This document shows positions 42,433 through 53,942 of a DNA stretch of 64,000 bases, in pieces. Location: the NCBI GenBank assembly GCA_009379925.1, contig WHSU01000012.1:16419-80418 (forward strand). Direction: 5' to 3'. Numbering within the stretch: position 1 is the stretch's first letter; every line of letters starts with the position of its first letter. A program made the translations under genes and the position numbers. Source of the stretch: Dehalococcoidia bacterium. GTDB taxonomy: Bacteria; Chloroflexota; Dehalococcoidia; UBA2979. The notes below the pieces were generated by a model. The model did not search any database and was not told where the DNA came from. It saw nothing but the letters and a program-made list of their open reading frames with translations.

Positions 42433-44505
42433 CTAAGTCAGGAAGAGCGGTCCGAACACGACGGCCACGATCGACATCAGCTTGAGCAGGATGTTGAGCG
42501 CGGGGCCGGAGGTGTCCTTGAAGGGGTCGCCCACGGTGTCGCCGACCACGGCGGCCTTGTGCGCCTCGGAGCCCTTGCCGCCGAGGTGGCCGGCCTCGAT
42601 GTACTTCTTCGCGTTATCCCACGCGCCACCGGCGTTGGCCATCATCAGGGCGAGCACCGCGCCCGTACCGATGGAGCCCACCAGCAGGCCACCGAGGGCC
42701 TCCGGGCCGAGGAAGATACCGACGACGATGGGCGCGGCGACCGCCAGGACGCCGGGGATGATCATCTCGCGGAGCGCGCCGGTGGTCGCAATGTCGACCG
42801 TGCGGGCGTAGTCCGGGTCTTCGGTGCCCTCCATGATGCCCGGGCGCTCGCGGAACTGCCGCCGCACCTCGTTGACCATCGCCACCGCGGCGCGGCCGAC
42901 GGCGCCCATCGTGAGGGCGCCGAAGACGAACGGCATGAGCGAGCCGAGCAGCAGGCCGATCAGCACATTGACGTCCAGCAGGTTGAACGAGGAGATACCG
43001 ACCGTCTGTGCGTAGGTCACCATCAGGGCCAGCGATGTGAGCACCGCCGAGCCGATGGCGAAGCCCTTGCCCGTGGCCGCCGTGGTGTTGCCCAGGCTGT
43101 CGAGGGCGTCCGTCCGTTCGCGCACCTCGGGTGGCAGGTGCGCCTGCTCGGCGATACCGCCGGCGTTGTCGGCCACGGGGCCGTACGCATCGCTGGCGAG
43201 CGTGATGCTGAGCGGCGAGAGCATGCCCACGGCGGCCAGGGCGATGCCGTAGAGGCCGGCCAGCTCATAGGTGATCAGCGTGGCGCTGGCGATCGCCAGC
43301 AGCGGAATAGCCGTGGAGAGCATCCCGAGGCCGAGGCCACCGATGACGAGTGTGCCGGCGCCGGTCTCCGCCTGCTGAGCCAGTTTCTGGGTGGGACTGA
43401 ACTCGTAGGCCGTGTAGTACTCGGTGGCCGTGCCGATCACCTGTCCGGCGACGAGACCGACGAGCACCGCCCAGAAGAGCTTGAAGTCCAGGTCCATCGC
43501 GAGGAGGGCGACGGCGGTCCCGACGAGTACGAGCCCGCTGGCGCCGAAGATGCCCGTGCGGAGCGCCCACAACAGGCGTCCCATGGACGCACCCTCGCTC
43601 GTGCGCACGAAGAACGTCCCGATGATCGAGGCGACGATCCCGATGCCCATGATGAGCATAGGCAGGACGAAGGCGTCCGATGAGTACTCGGCGACCGCCG
43701 ACTCCTCGAAGAGGCCGTTCTCGCTGACGCCGATCACGGCGATGGTGGCGAGAGAGATGGTGGCGACGATCGAGCCGGTGTACGACTCGAAGAGGTCCGC
43801 GCCCATGCCGGCCACGTCGCCCACGTTGTCGCCCACGTTGTCCGCGATCGTCGCGGGGTTGCGGGGGTCGTCCTCGGGGATCCCGGCTTCGACCTTGCCG
43901 ACGAGGTCGCCGCCGACATCCGCGGCCTTCGTGTAGATACCACCGCCGACGCGGGCAAAGAGGGCGATGGAGGACGCACCGAAGGCGAATCCGGCCAGCG
44001 GGCCGGGGTGCTGGAACAGGATGTAGAGGATCGCCAGGGAGCCCAGGCTCAGGCCCGTCACGGTCACACCCATGACGGAGCCGGAGGAGAAGGCCACGCG
44101 GAGCGCACCGTTCAGTCCGCCATCGCGTGCCTTGGCGGCGGTACGGACGTTGGCGCGGACCGCCACATACATGCCGACGTACCCCGCGAACGCGGACGCG
44201 AGCGCGCCGAGCACGTACGCGATCGCCGTCCTCGGGATGTCGGTCATCTCACCCTGCGCCTCGGGGTAGCGGTCCAGGGTGTCGTAGTCGACGAAGACCG
44301 CGAGCACGATGAAGGCGGCGCCCACAAAGAAGGCCAGAAACGTGTATTCACGGCGCAGAAAGGCCGCGGCCCCCTGTTGGATGGCCGCGGCGATGGTGCG
44401 CATCGTCTCGTCACCCTCGTCCTCCGCAAGGACCCTCCGGGTGAGGATCACCGCGAAGACGAGGGCGAGCACAGCTGCCGCCACCGCGAAGTAGAGAATC
44501 TCCAA
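42433..44505 (-). CDS. hppA: Membrane ion-translocating pyrophosphatase, K+-dependent type
   Basis: GGIYTKAADVGGDLVGKVE, DNVGDNVGD, GNTTAA (Ala indicates K+ dependence); TTG start. Confidence 0.95.
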   Translation of the reverse strand: MEILYFAVAAAVLALVFAVILTRRVLAEDEGDETMRTIAAAIQQGAAAFLRREYTFLAFFVGAAFIVLAVFVDYDTLDRYPEAQGEMTDIPRTAIAYVLGALASAFAGYVGMYVAVRANVRTAAKARDGGLNGALRVAFSSGSVMGVTVTGLSLGSLAILYILFQHPGPLAGFAFGASSIALFARVGGGIYTKAADVGGDLVGKVEAGIPEDDPRNPATIADNVGDNVGDVAGMGADLFESYTGSIVATISLATIAVIGVSENGLFEESAVAEYSSDAFVLPMLIMGIGIVASIIGTFFVRTSEGASMGRLLWALRTGIFGASGLVLVGTAVALLAMDLDFKLFWAVLVGLVAGQVIGTATEYYTAYEFSPTQKLAQQAETGAGTLVIGGLGLGMLSTAIPLLAIASATLITYELAGLYGIALAAVGMLSPLSITLASDAYGPVADNAGGIAEQAHLPPEVRERTDALDSLGNTTAATGKGFAIGSAVLTSLALMVTYAQTVGISSFNLLDVNVLIGLLLGSLMPFVFGALTMGAVGRAAVAMVNEVRRQFRERPGIMEGTEDPDYARTVDIATTGALREMIIPGVLAVAAPIVVGIFLGPEALGGLLVGSIGTGAVLALMMANAGGAWDNAKKYIEAGHLGGKGSEAHKAAVVGDTVGDPFKDTSGPALNILLKLMSIVAVVFGPLFLT

Positions 44506-44671
44506 TTGCTCCCGTCCTCCCATGCTGGAGCGCGGGGAGCGTCGCCCGCGCCGGTTGGCCATCTGCCCGCAATGCCGCGCTGGCCGCGCGGGAATGTACC
44601 ATCACGCGCCCGTAGCGGCATCCGGCGAAGCTGGCCACAGGGGCCGCCGAACGTCGGGCCGTGCTATTGGG

Positions 44672-45019
44672 TTACAGGTCTTTGATCGGGTCCGGGAGTT
44701 CGCCGTCGCGGGCGGCATCGATCATCTGGCGCGTCTCCTCGGGGACGTCCATGCCGTAGTCCTCGAAGCGCTTCTCCACCCAGCGGCCGATCTGCCGCGG
44801 GTCCTTGTAGGCATCCTCGGGCCGGCCCCCGGCGCCCGGTACACCAAGTTCATCGAGCACGTCCTGATCCGTCTTGGTCCGCGCCACGCGCGACATGAGC
44901 CGCTTCATGCGGGTGGAGCCGCAGTGCTCGCAGCGTGCCTTCACCTCGGCGTGGGCGGAGCGCACGAAGACGCTGCTGACGTGCTCACACTTGCCGCAGC
45001 GGTACTCGTAGATCGGCAT
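44672..45019 (-). CDS. FmdB-family zinc-ribbon protein
   Basis: MPIYEYRCGKC..CEHCGS..RLMSR. Confidence 0.88.
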   Translation of the reverse strand: MPIYEYRCGKCEHVSSVFVRSAHAEVKARCEHCGSTRMKRLMSRVARTKTDQDVLDELGVPGAGGRPEDAYKDPRQIGRWVEKRFEDYGMDVPEETRQMIDAARDGELPDPIKDL

Positions 45020-45438
45020 CAGGCGTCCGGCTCCGAGGGCGCGGAGATCTGCTCCTTCTTCCGCTCGATGCGGTGGCGGAGCGTATGCGCGGCGTCCACG
45101 CGCTCCACGGGGTCCTCGCCGGCGTCGGCCTTGTCGGCCAGGGTGCGGAAGTCCGAGCCCAGCTCGCTGTCGTACTGCTCGCCCATGCGGCGCGCCCAGC
45201 GGGAGAACCCGGCGACATCACCGGACTCCATACGCCCCATCTCCTGCTCGAGGTCGATGCTGTCGATGCGCTCACCCTCCGAGCGGGCGCGCGCGAAGCG
45301 CGAGACCACGCGCTTCAGGCGACGGCTGCCGCACTCCGGACAAGCCGGCCGTTTCGCCTCGGCGGCCGCGGCGACGGACCGGAAGAAGACATCGATGCGT
45401 CGCTCGCAGCCGGCGCAGTCGTACTGGTAGATGGGCAT
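45019..45438 (-). CDS. FmdB-family zinc-ribbon protein
   Basis: MPIYQYDCAGC..CPECGS..RVVSRF; TGATG overlap with the next gene. Confidence 0.88.
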   Translation of the reverse strand: MPIYQYDCAGCERRIDVFFRSVAAAAEAKRPACPECGSRRLKRVVSRFARARSEGERIDSIDLEQEMGRMESGDVAGFSRWARRMGEQYDSELGSDFRTLADKADAGEDPVERVDAAHTLRHRIERKKEQISAPSEPDA

Positions 45439-45522
45439 GGCGGAAGTGTAGCGGGGGCGCCGGACGCGGGCCAGACGGGCTCAGCCCTCTCCTCCGTCGT
45501 CCGTTCGCGGGCGCCTCTCCTT

Positions 45523-45596
45523 CCGTTCGTGGTGAGCTTGTCGAACGACGTGACCGGGACACCGAAGCGTCTCACCCAGCCCCTCGACAGGCTCAG
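45523..45596. repeat. REP-like inverted pair, family B; right arm interrupted by IS110
   Basis: CCGTTCGTGGTGAGCTTGTCGAAC ... CCCTCGACAGGCTCAG, continuing as GGCGAGCGG at 46743. Confidence 0.75.
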
Positions 45597-45609
45597 CAAC
45601 CGTCTCTCT

Positions 45610-46551
<942 letters not shown>

Positions 46552-46559
46552 CTACACTG

Positions 46560-46710
46560 GCCCTGCTCCAGCCCTGCCTTGTATGCGGGCCCTGTGCCCA
46601 CTCAACCGTTCGGGCCTCGGAGCAGGAAGCTGGGGCGGGACGACCTCGCTGAGCCACGGTCCCACAGACCCAGGGCGAATCGGTCCGTCCCGCCCCCCGT
46701 TCCTCCGCAC
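46560..46710 (-). ncRNA. Bridge RNA of the IS110 element (ends approximate)
   Basis: Target loop with TTCGCCCT (46672-46679) and GGCTCAG (46649-46655); donor loop with ACGGTTG (46603-46609) and ATACAAG (46578-46584); each loop closed by a GC-rich stem. Confidence 0.85.
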
Positions 46711-46765
46711 CGCCGCATTCTCAGCCCAGCGCGAGATACAAGGGCGAGCGGAGCGGGGCAGCATG

Positions 46766-46790
46766 CCCTCGACAGGCTCAGGGAGAACGG
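46766..46790. repeat. REP-like family B arm, intact copy
   Basis: CCCTCGACAGGCTCAGGGAGAACGG. Confidence 0.75.
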
Positions 46791-46798
46791 ACGCGGGC

Positions 46799-47173
46799 TC
46801 AGTTGCCCTCCACGGCGTTCTGGATGTGCTGCAGCTTGCCCACCTCGCCGCTGACGGTGAGGTCGATGGCGACGACATCGATGCGCAGGTCCTCCGGGAG
46901 GTCCGGGTGCTCCGCGATGTAGGCCTCGGCCAGGGTGCGGAGCCTGGCTTCCTTGGCGGGGGAGATGGACTGGATCGCGCCGCCGGTGCGGCTGGAGCGG
47001 CGCAGCTTCACCTCGACGAACACGAGCGTGCCGTTGTCCTGGACGGCGATCAGGTCAATCTCGCCTTCGCGGCGGCGCACGTTGCGCTCCACGATGCGAT
47101 AGCCCTGGTTCTGCAGGTAGTCGGCGGCGAGGCGCTCGCCGGCCTCACCCAGGCGCCGCGTTCGGTCGGTCAT
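46799..47173 (-). CDS. yraN: YraN-family putative endonuclease
   Basis: G..GE..A..YL...GY.I.ERN, GEIDLI, LVFVEVK, R.DV.AI. Confidence 0.92.
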   Translation of the reverse strand: MTDRTRRLGEAGERLAADYLQNQGYRIVERNVRRREGEIDLIAVQDNGTLVFVEVKLRRSSRTGGAIQSISPAKEARLRTLAEAYIAEHPDLPEDLRIDVVAIDLTVSGEVGKLQHIQNAVEGN

Positions 47174-47180
47174 CGGTCCA

Positions 47181-47849
47181 TTATCCCATCACGGCCCGGC
47201 GCACCGGGGCGAACGAGAGCCGGTGAATGTTGCTGTACCCCAGGCGCGCGAGCGCCGCGCGATGTGCCGGGGTGGCGTATCCCTTGTTCACGGCCAGGCC
47301 ATAACCGGGGAAGACCTGGTCCAGCTCGCACATCATCCGGTCTCTGACCACCTTCGCCAGGATGCTCGCCGCGGACACCGAGATGCAAAGCGCGTCCCCG
47401 TCCACGACCGCCACCTGCTCCAGTCCCCCGTCCACAACCTCGCGGCCGTCGACGATGAGGCAGTCCGGCGCCTGGGACATGGCCTGCACCGCCCGGTGCA
47501 TAGCCAGCCGCGTGGCGCGCAGGATGTTGATCTGGTCCACCACCTGTGGCGAGACCACACCGACGCCCCATTCCGTCCGCTCCCGGATGATCGCCGCCAG
47601 TTCCTCGCGCTGCGCCGGCGAGACCAGTTTCGAGTCGCGCAGCCGGCCGATCCAGCGCGCTCGAGGGCTGTGTCCCGATCCAGTGTGCGGGATGACGACC
47701 GCAGCCGCGACGACCGGACCCGCCAGCGGGCCTCGTCCCACCTCGTCCACGCCGGCGACGCGCTTCGCGCCGGTGCGCCACAGGTGGCGTTCGGTGCGCC
47801 AGGTGGGGCGGATGGCCCTCGGGTTGCGGTCGACAGTGGTGCGCGGCAT
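47181..47849 (-). CDS. rnhB: Ribonuclease HII
   Basis: GVDEVGRGPLAGPVVA, DSK, AASILAKV.RD, NKGY.T..H, HR.SF. Confidence 0.96.
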   Translation of the reverse strand: MPRTTVDRNPRAIRPTWRTERHLWRTGAKRVAGVDEVGRGPLAGPVVAAAVVIPHTGSGHSPRARWIGRLRDSKLVSPAQREELAAIIRERTEWGVGVVSPQVVDQINILRATRLAMHRAVQAMSQAPDCLIVDGREVVDGGLEQVAVVDGDALCISVSAASILAKVVRDRMMCELDQVFPGYGLAVNKGYATPAHRAALARLGYSNIHRLSFAPVRRAVMG

Positions 47850-48049
47850 GGGACATCCTAGGCAGGACGATATCGAGCAGACAACTGATCCGTTCCATCG
47901 CGACACCACGACGGGGAGGTTCCTTCGTCCCGGCCGCACTCTATGATGCGCCCGCACGGCAATGTGTGGGCCACCCGCCAGGTGGCCCACCGGCCGTCCA
48001 ACGACGCCAGGAGCGCCAACAAGCACCCACAACACGAAGGAAGGCTCCC

Positions 48050-48259
48050 ATGCCCATCGTCCGCATCGAGATGCTCCCGGGGCGCTCGCTGGCGCAGAAG
48101 CGCGAGCTGGCGCGCGTGATCACGGACGCGGTGTGCAATATCGCGCACACCGCGCCGGAGGACACGCTGGTGCTGTTCTCCGAGTACTCCGTGGAGGACT
48201 GGGCGACGGACGGGAAGCTGTACGTCGACCAGGACGACGAGGACGAAGACGAGGACTGA
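48050..48259 (+). CDS. 4-oxalocrotonate tautomerase family protein
   Basis: M-P start (catalytic Pro1), GRS..QK..L...IT, W...G; AAGGAAGG RBS; acidic tail. Confidence 0.88.
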   Translation: MPIVRIEMLPGRSLAQKRELARVITDAVCNIAHTAPEDTLVLFSEYSVEDWATDGKLYVDQDDEDEDED

Positions 48260-48505
48260 GTCCCCCCTCGGGCAAGGCGCGGCAGTGCAGCGTTCCTTAC
48301 GCGCTTCCGATAATAGGTTGTGATTCCCTCGGGCCAGCCGTGGGGAATCGGGTGTTACAATCAGATACAGCGGACGCCCCATCGCGGCGTTCTGGCGGCT
48401 ATCTCCGTCCCGCTCGTCAGGCGCCGGCCCGGCCAGTGCAAGACGCGAATCGATCCGCGAGTGGCCCCCGGCCCCCGGCGCCGGTGAGTGTGGAAGCCAA
48501 CGCCA

Positions 48506-50497
48506 ATGAGTTCACGCTGGATGCGTAATTCCTTCATCTACCTGCTGATCCTCGTTGCGGTCGTCCTCGTCGTGGTCATGGTCTTCCGACCGGCCGGCGG
48601 CGGACAAGACATCCCGCTGGGCGAGGTGATTCAGCGCGCCCAGGCCGGTCAAATCGACCGCATCGAGGTGAACGGCGATAGCCTCACCGTCCACATTCAG
48701 GACCAGACGGAGCCGGCGCAGTCCCGCAAGGAGTCCTCGGCCTCGATCGAGGAGATCCTGCGCGAGAACAACGTGCCGGTGGGTTCCGCCGAAGGCGCCG
48801 TGCAGATCGAGGTCGCCTCGCCCAGCGGGCTGGGCAACGTCTTCGGGCTGCTGCTGAACTTCCTGCCGCTGATCATCTTTGGCGCCATCCTGATCTTCAT
48901 GATGCGCCAGGCCGGCGGCGCCAATAACCAGGCGATGTCGTTCGGCAAGAGCAAGGCGCGGATGTTCACCGGCCAGAAGCCGACCGTGACGTTCCTGGAT
49001 GTCGCCGGGCAGGACGAGGCGAAGCAGGAGCTCCAGGAGGTCGTCGAGTTCCTGAAGTACCCGGAGAAGTTCGCGGCCGTCGGGGCGCGCATCCCGCACG
49101 GTGTGCTGCTGGTAGGCCCTCCCGGCACCGGTAAGACCATGCTCGCGCGCGCCGTCTCGGGCGAGGCGGGCGTGCCGTTCTTCTCGATCTCCGGTTCCGA
49201 GTTCGTGGAGATGTTCGTGGGTGTCGGCGCCAGCCGTGTGCGCGACCTGTTCGACCAGGCGAAGCGCAACGCGCCGGCCATCGTGTTCGTCGACGAGATC
49301 GACGCGGTGGGCCGCCAGCGTGGCGCCGGGCTGGGCGGCTCGCACGACGAGCGTGAGCAGACGCTGAACCAGATCCTGGTCGAGATGGACGGGTTCGACA
49401 GCAACTCGAACGTGATCGTGCTCGCTTCGACGAACCGCCCGGACATCCTGGACCCGGCGCTGCTGCGCCCGGGCCGTTTCGACCGGCAGGTCACACTGGA
49501 CCTGCCGGACGTGAAGGGCCGCCGAGCGGTGCTCGACGTCCACTCGAAGGGGAAGCCGTTCGAGCCGGGCGTGAACCTGGAGACGATTGCCAAGCAGACG
49601 CCGGGCTTCTCCGGCGCGGACCTGGCCAACCTCGTGAACGAGGCGGCCATCCTGGCTGCGCGGCGCAACAAGAAGCGCATCTCCATGGGCGAGCTGAACG
49701 AGGCTGTCGACCGTGTGATCGCCGGCCCGGAGCGCAAGTCCCGCGTGATCACGCCGGAAGAGAAGAAGATCGTCGCCTACCACGAGGGCGGGCACACGGT
49801 CGCCGGCTACTTCACGCCGCGGGCGGACACGCCCTTCAAGGTGACCATCGTGGCCCGCGGTATGGCCGGCGGGTTTACCCGCATGTTGCCGGACGATGAC
49901 CGCCGCCTACAGGACCGCTCCTACTACGAAGCGATGATGGTGTACGCGCTGGGCGGCCACGTGGCCGAGGAGATGGTCTTCGGCGAGATGACCACCGGTG
50001 CCCACAACGACATCGGCAAGGTGACGGCGATCGCGCGTGACATGGTGACCCAGTGGGGCATGAGCGACCGGCTCGGCCCGCGCACCTTCGGCAAGCGCGA
50101 GTCCATGATCTTCCTGGGCCGCGACATCTCCGAGCAGCGCGACTACTCGGAACGCACGGCCGAGGAGATCGACGACGAGGTCCGCCGCCTGATCGACGAG
50201 GCGCACGAGCGCTGCCGCAAGGTGCTGGCCGAGCACCGCGAGGAGCTGGACCGGCTGGCCGCGGCCCTGGTGGAAGTCGAGACGATCGAGGGTGACGAGT
50301 TGCTGCGGATCCTGGGCCCGGCGCCCGGCCGCCGCCTCCCGGACGACCTCTCGGACACGGACGTGCTGGAGGCGCCAACGCCTACCCCGCGCTCCGAGGA
50401 CGAGCGCAAGGAAGACGAGGAAGAGGAGGAGCGCGCGCAGGGCCGCCCGGGCCTCGCGTGGGGGCAGCAGAACATCGCCCCACCGCCCGCCGAGTAA
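48506..50497 (+). CDS. ftsH: ATP-dependent zinc metalloprotease FtsH
   Basis: Two TMs, [28 protein letters not shown]. Confidence 0.97.
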   Translation: MSSRWMRNSFIYLLILVAVVLVVVMVFRPAGGGQDIPLGEVIQRAQAGQIDRIEVNGDSLTVHIQDQTEPAQSRKESSASIEEILRENNVPVGSAEGAVQIEVASPSGLGNVFGLLLNFLPLIIFGAILIFMMRQAGGANNQAMSFGKSKARMFTGQKPTVTFLDVAGQDEAKQELQEVVEFLKYPEKFAAVGARIPHGVLLVGPPGTGKTMLARAVSGEAGVPFFSISGSEFVEMFVGVGASRVRDLFDQAKRNAPAIVFVDEIDAVGRQRGAGLGGSHDEREQTLNQILVEMDGFDSNSNVIVLASTNRPDILDPALLRPGRFDRQVTLDLPDVKGRRAVLDVHSKGKPFEPGVNLETIAKQTPGFSGADLANLVNEAAILAARRNKKRISMGELNEAVDRVIAGPERKSRVITPEEKKIVAYHEGGHTVAGYFTPRADTPFKVTIVARGMAGGFTRMLPDDDRRLQDRSYYEAMMVYALGGHVAEEMVFGEMTTGAHNDIGKVTAIARDMVTQWGMSDRLGPRTFGKRESMIFLGRDISEQRDYSERTAEEIDDEVRRLIDEAHERCRKVLAEHREELDRLAAALVEVETIEGDELLRILGPAPGRRLPDDLSDTDVLEAPTPTPRSEDERKEDEEEEERAQGRPGLAWGQQNIAPPPAE

Positions 50498-50528
50498 CGC
50501 GAGCGGACGCCCGAAGGACGAACGACCA

Positions 50529-50557
50529 ACGAGGGCCGGCTCAACGCCGGCCCTCGT
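50529..50557. terminator. Hairpin between convergent genes
   Basis: ACGAGGGCCGGC-TCAAC-GCCGGCCCTCGT. Confidence 0.6.
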
Positions 50558-50581
50558 GCTGTGTCCGGCCTCGATGACCGT

Positions 50582-51034
50582 TCAGGGCGCGCCGAACATG
50601 CCGTAGTAGCGGGTGACTTCGAACTCGTAGATCAGGCGCTGCTCCTCGGCCATGATGCGGAGGAAGTCCTCCTCCGATTGCGGCTCGCCGAACCACATCA
50701 GGTGGCCGGGCTGCGACTGCCCGGCCATCCCCTGCTGGAGGGTGCGGAAGAAGCGCAGGTTCTGCTCGGGCGCCTCCGGACCATCGAGGACCGTCACGGT
50801 CGCCTCGATGCCCGCCCAGACCGCGGGGTTGGCGGGGTCGAAGACGAAGAGGGTGGACCGCGGGTCACGGCGCACGTGACGCGTGCGCACCCGCCCCTGC
50901 GTGCCGGAACTCCAGAGCCGCCCGTCGACCATGCCGACGCCGACACGCGCCACGTGGGGCGTCCCATCAGCGCGTAGGGTCGTCATGACCGCCGCCCGGT
51001 GCTGCTCAAGGAATGTGCGGAGCCGATCGTCCAT
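50582..51034 (-). CDS. PPOX-class putative F420-dependent oxidoreductase
   Basis: T.RADG.PH, R..RRDPR..L motifs; AGGAGGT RBS. Confidence 0.8.
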   Translation of the reverse strand: MDDRLRTFLEQHRAAVMTTLRADGTPHVARVGVGMVDGRLWSSGTQGRVRTRHVRRDPRSTLFVFDPANPAVWAGIEATVTVLDGPEAPEQNLRFFRTLQQGMAGQSQPGHLMWFGEPQSEEDFLRIMAEEQRLIYEFEVTRYYGMFGAP

Positions 51035-51080
51035 GCGTGCCACCTCCTGGTCAGGAGCATGGTAGCCGTAGCGGCCGGGA

Positions 51081-51848
51081 CTACTCGGAGCGGCCGACGG
51101 TGGTGACGGCACTGTCACCGTCGTCCACGCCGGTGCCCGCCGCCTCGAAGGCGGCTTCGTGCTCCGCAGCTCGCTCGGTCGCCTCGCGGCGCAGTTCCTC
51201 CATGCGTCTCTGGAAGGCCCGCTGCACCACAAGGAACCACGCGGCGGCGAGGACGGCGAGGCCAATACGGAGCAGCGGGTGCTCCTCGAGTTTGCCCTCG
51301 TCCGTGAGTACGGCCGTGCCGAAGACGACGCCGGCGCCGACCCAGGCCGTATTGGCGATGGCGGCGCCCAGGTAGTCGAGCGGCATCCAGACGCGGAGCG
51401 GCATCCGCAGGGCGCCGGCGCCGAAGGGGCCGACGGCACGTGTGATGTTGTGCAGGTGATAAAATGGGATCAGCCAGCGTCCACGGCCCTTGATCAGTGC
51501 CGCGCCCATGCGGAGTTGCGGTCCGAACCTCGTGGTCTGGAGGCGGTCGCCGCCCCACCGGCCCGCGGAGTACGACACCGTGTCGCCGATCATCGTGCCG
51601 AGCACGGCGATGCCCCAGACCAGCAGGACTTCCGGCCAGTCCGCGGCGGCGTTCGCGCCGCCCAGGAACATCACGAGCACGCCCGGGAAGACGATCCCGA
51701 GCCCGATCGTCGCCTCGGCCAGCGCGGCGAAGAAGACGATGGGTACGCCGAAGCGGTCGAAGAGGTCGCGGACGAAGAGGAGAATCTGGTCTGTTAGCCA
51801 GCCGAGGGCGTCATAGGGCGCGGTGATGATGTCGAGGAGGAGGTCCAG
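51081..51848 (-). CDS. DedA-family membrane protein (start uncertain, possibly CTG)
   Basis: AE...G.G..FPG, GD.VSY..GR, GA.RM motifs; no ATG/GTG/TTG near the apparent N-terminus. Confidence 0.8.
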   Translation of the reverse strand: MDLLLDIITAPYDALGWLTDQILLFVRDLFDRFGVPIVFFAALAEATIGLGIVFPGVLVMFLGGANAAADWPEVLLVWGIAVLGTMIGDTVSYSAGRWGGDRLQTTRFGPQLRMGAALIKGRGRWLIPFYHLHNITRAVGPFGAGALRMPLRVWMPLDYLGAAIANTAWVGAGVVFGTAVLTDEGKLEEHPLLRIGLAVLAAAWFLVVQRAFQRRMEELRREATERAAEHEAAFEAAGTGVDDGDSAVTTVGRSE

Positions 51849-51866
51849 GGAGGCCGTCCGAGTCCG

Positions 51867-51896
51867 TTGACCACTAAGGCGAGTGGTATCTACACT
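51867..51896 (+). promoter_or_regulatory. sigma70 promoter of rplU-rpmA-rpmE
   Basis: TTGACC-18 nt-TACACT; contains inverted repeat ACCACT-N6-AGTGGT. Confidence 0.7.
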
Positions 51897-51926
51897 CAAC
51901 TCTACCCAGAAACCGGAAGAGGCGAT

Positions 51927-52241
51927 ATGTACGCGATCATCCGCAGCGGCGGAAAGCAGTACCGCGTGCGCGAAGGCGACCGCATCGCCGTCGAGCGGCT
52001 CGAGGCCGCCGAGGGCGACACGGTCACCATAGGCGACGTGCTCCTGCTGGAGGCTGACGGCAACATGCAGGTCGGCACGCCCGTGGTGGACGGAGCGTCC
52101 GTCACCGCTCGTGTGGAGCGCCAGATGCGCGACCGCAAGGTGACGATCTTCAAGTACAAGAACAAGACCCGGAAGCGCACCACCCGCGGCCACCGTCAGC
52201 ACCTGACCGAACTGACGATCACCGGCATCGCGGGGGCTTAG
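51927..52241 (+). CDS. rplU: 50S ribosomal protein L21
   Basis: [20 protein letters not shown]. Confidence 0.97.
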   Translation: MYAIIRSGGKQYRVREGDRIAVERLEAAEGDTVTIGDVLLLEADGNMQVGTPVVDGASVTARVERQMRDRKVTIFKYKNKTRKRTTRGHRQHLTELTITGIAGA

Positions 52242-52276
52242 GCCACCGGCTCACCGAGCACTCGAGGGACAGCAGC

Positions 52277-52537
52277 ATGGCGCACAAGAAGTCCGGCGGC
52301 TCCAGCAAGAACGGCCGCGACTCGAACGCGAAGCGCCTGGGCGTGAAGGCGTACGACGGGCAGGCGGTGACCGCGGGCTCGATCATCGTGCGCCAGCGCG
52401 GCACGCGCATTCACCCGGGCGACCACGTGGGCGTCGGCCGCGACCACACGCTGTGGGCGCGGGTGGAGGGCACGGTGAAGTTCGCACCGTACGCCAAGGG
52501 CCGGCGCAAGAAGGTCTCGATCATCCCCGTGGCCTGA
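52277..52537 (+). CDS. rpmA: 50S ribosomal protein L27
   Basis: [29 protein letters not shown]. Confidence 0.98.
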   Translation: MAHKKSGGSSKNGRDSNAKRLGVKAYDGQAVTAGSIIVRQRGTRIHPGDHVGVGRDHTLWARVEGTVKFAPYAKGRRKKVSIIPVA

Positions 52538-52559
52538 GCGGCCACGAGAAGGACACACC

Positions 52560-52781
52560 ATGAAGCAGGACATCCACCCGGAGTACGTTGAGTCCACCAT
52601 CACCTGCGCCTGCGGACACAGCTGGACGACCCGCTCGACCAAGGCGCAGATGCACGTGGACGTCTGCTCCGAGTGCCACCCGTACTACACGGGCGAGCAG
52701 CGCATCGTCGACACCGCGGGACGCGTCGAGCGCTTCCGCCGCCGCTACGCCAAGGCGCAGGGCAGCGGGACGTCTTCATAG
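52560..52781 (+). CDS. rpmE: 50S ribosomal protein L31 (zinc-binding form)
   Basis: MK.DIHPEY, CACG, CSECHP.YTG.Q, GRVERF. Confidence 0.97.
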   Translation: MKQDIHPEYVESTITCACGHSWTTRSTKAQMHVDVCSECHPYYTGEQRIVDTAGRVERFRRRYAKAQGSGTSS

Positions 52782-52804
52782 CCCGATCTGACACGGACCA
52801 GCGC

Positions 52805-52834
52805 GAAGAGGGCGGCCGGTTGGCCGCCCTCTTC
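52805..52834 (+). terminator. Terminator hairpin after rpmE
   Basis: GAAGAGGGCGGCC-GGTT-GGCCGCCCTCTTC. Confidence 0.7.
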
Positions 52835-52935
52835 TCGTTGTGCGCCCACGACAACCGGCACGTGCGGCGGGCCGCCGCAGGCAACCGTCAGCGTGGGGCC
52901 TCGTCTCTGGCTCTCCCCTCACCTATCCTTCGCCC

Positions 52936-53832
<897 letters not shown>

Positions 53833-53889
53833 GCGCGCGGTCCCTGCCTGGAGTCCGGGACCTTCGTCAGGTGTGTTGGCGGCCCCCAG

Positions 53890-53920
53890 TGTTATAATCA
53901 CGACAAAGTCAGTCGAGTTC
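53890..53920 (+). promoter_or_regulatory. Extended -10 promoter with putative Rrf2-family operator
   Basis: TG-T-TATAAT (53890-53898) overlapped by AATCACGACAAAGTCAGTCGAGTTC. Confidence 0.55.
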
Positions 53921-53942
53921 ATCGAGATCACCGGGGGTCACT

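Noticed and set aside
52242..52276. No prp/ysxB gene between rplU and rpmA
   Set aside because: Expected, because this L27 starts MAHKK without the cleavable extension
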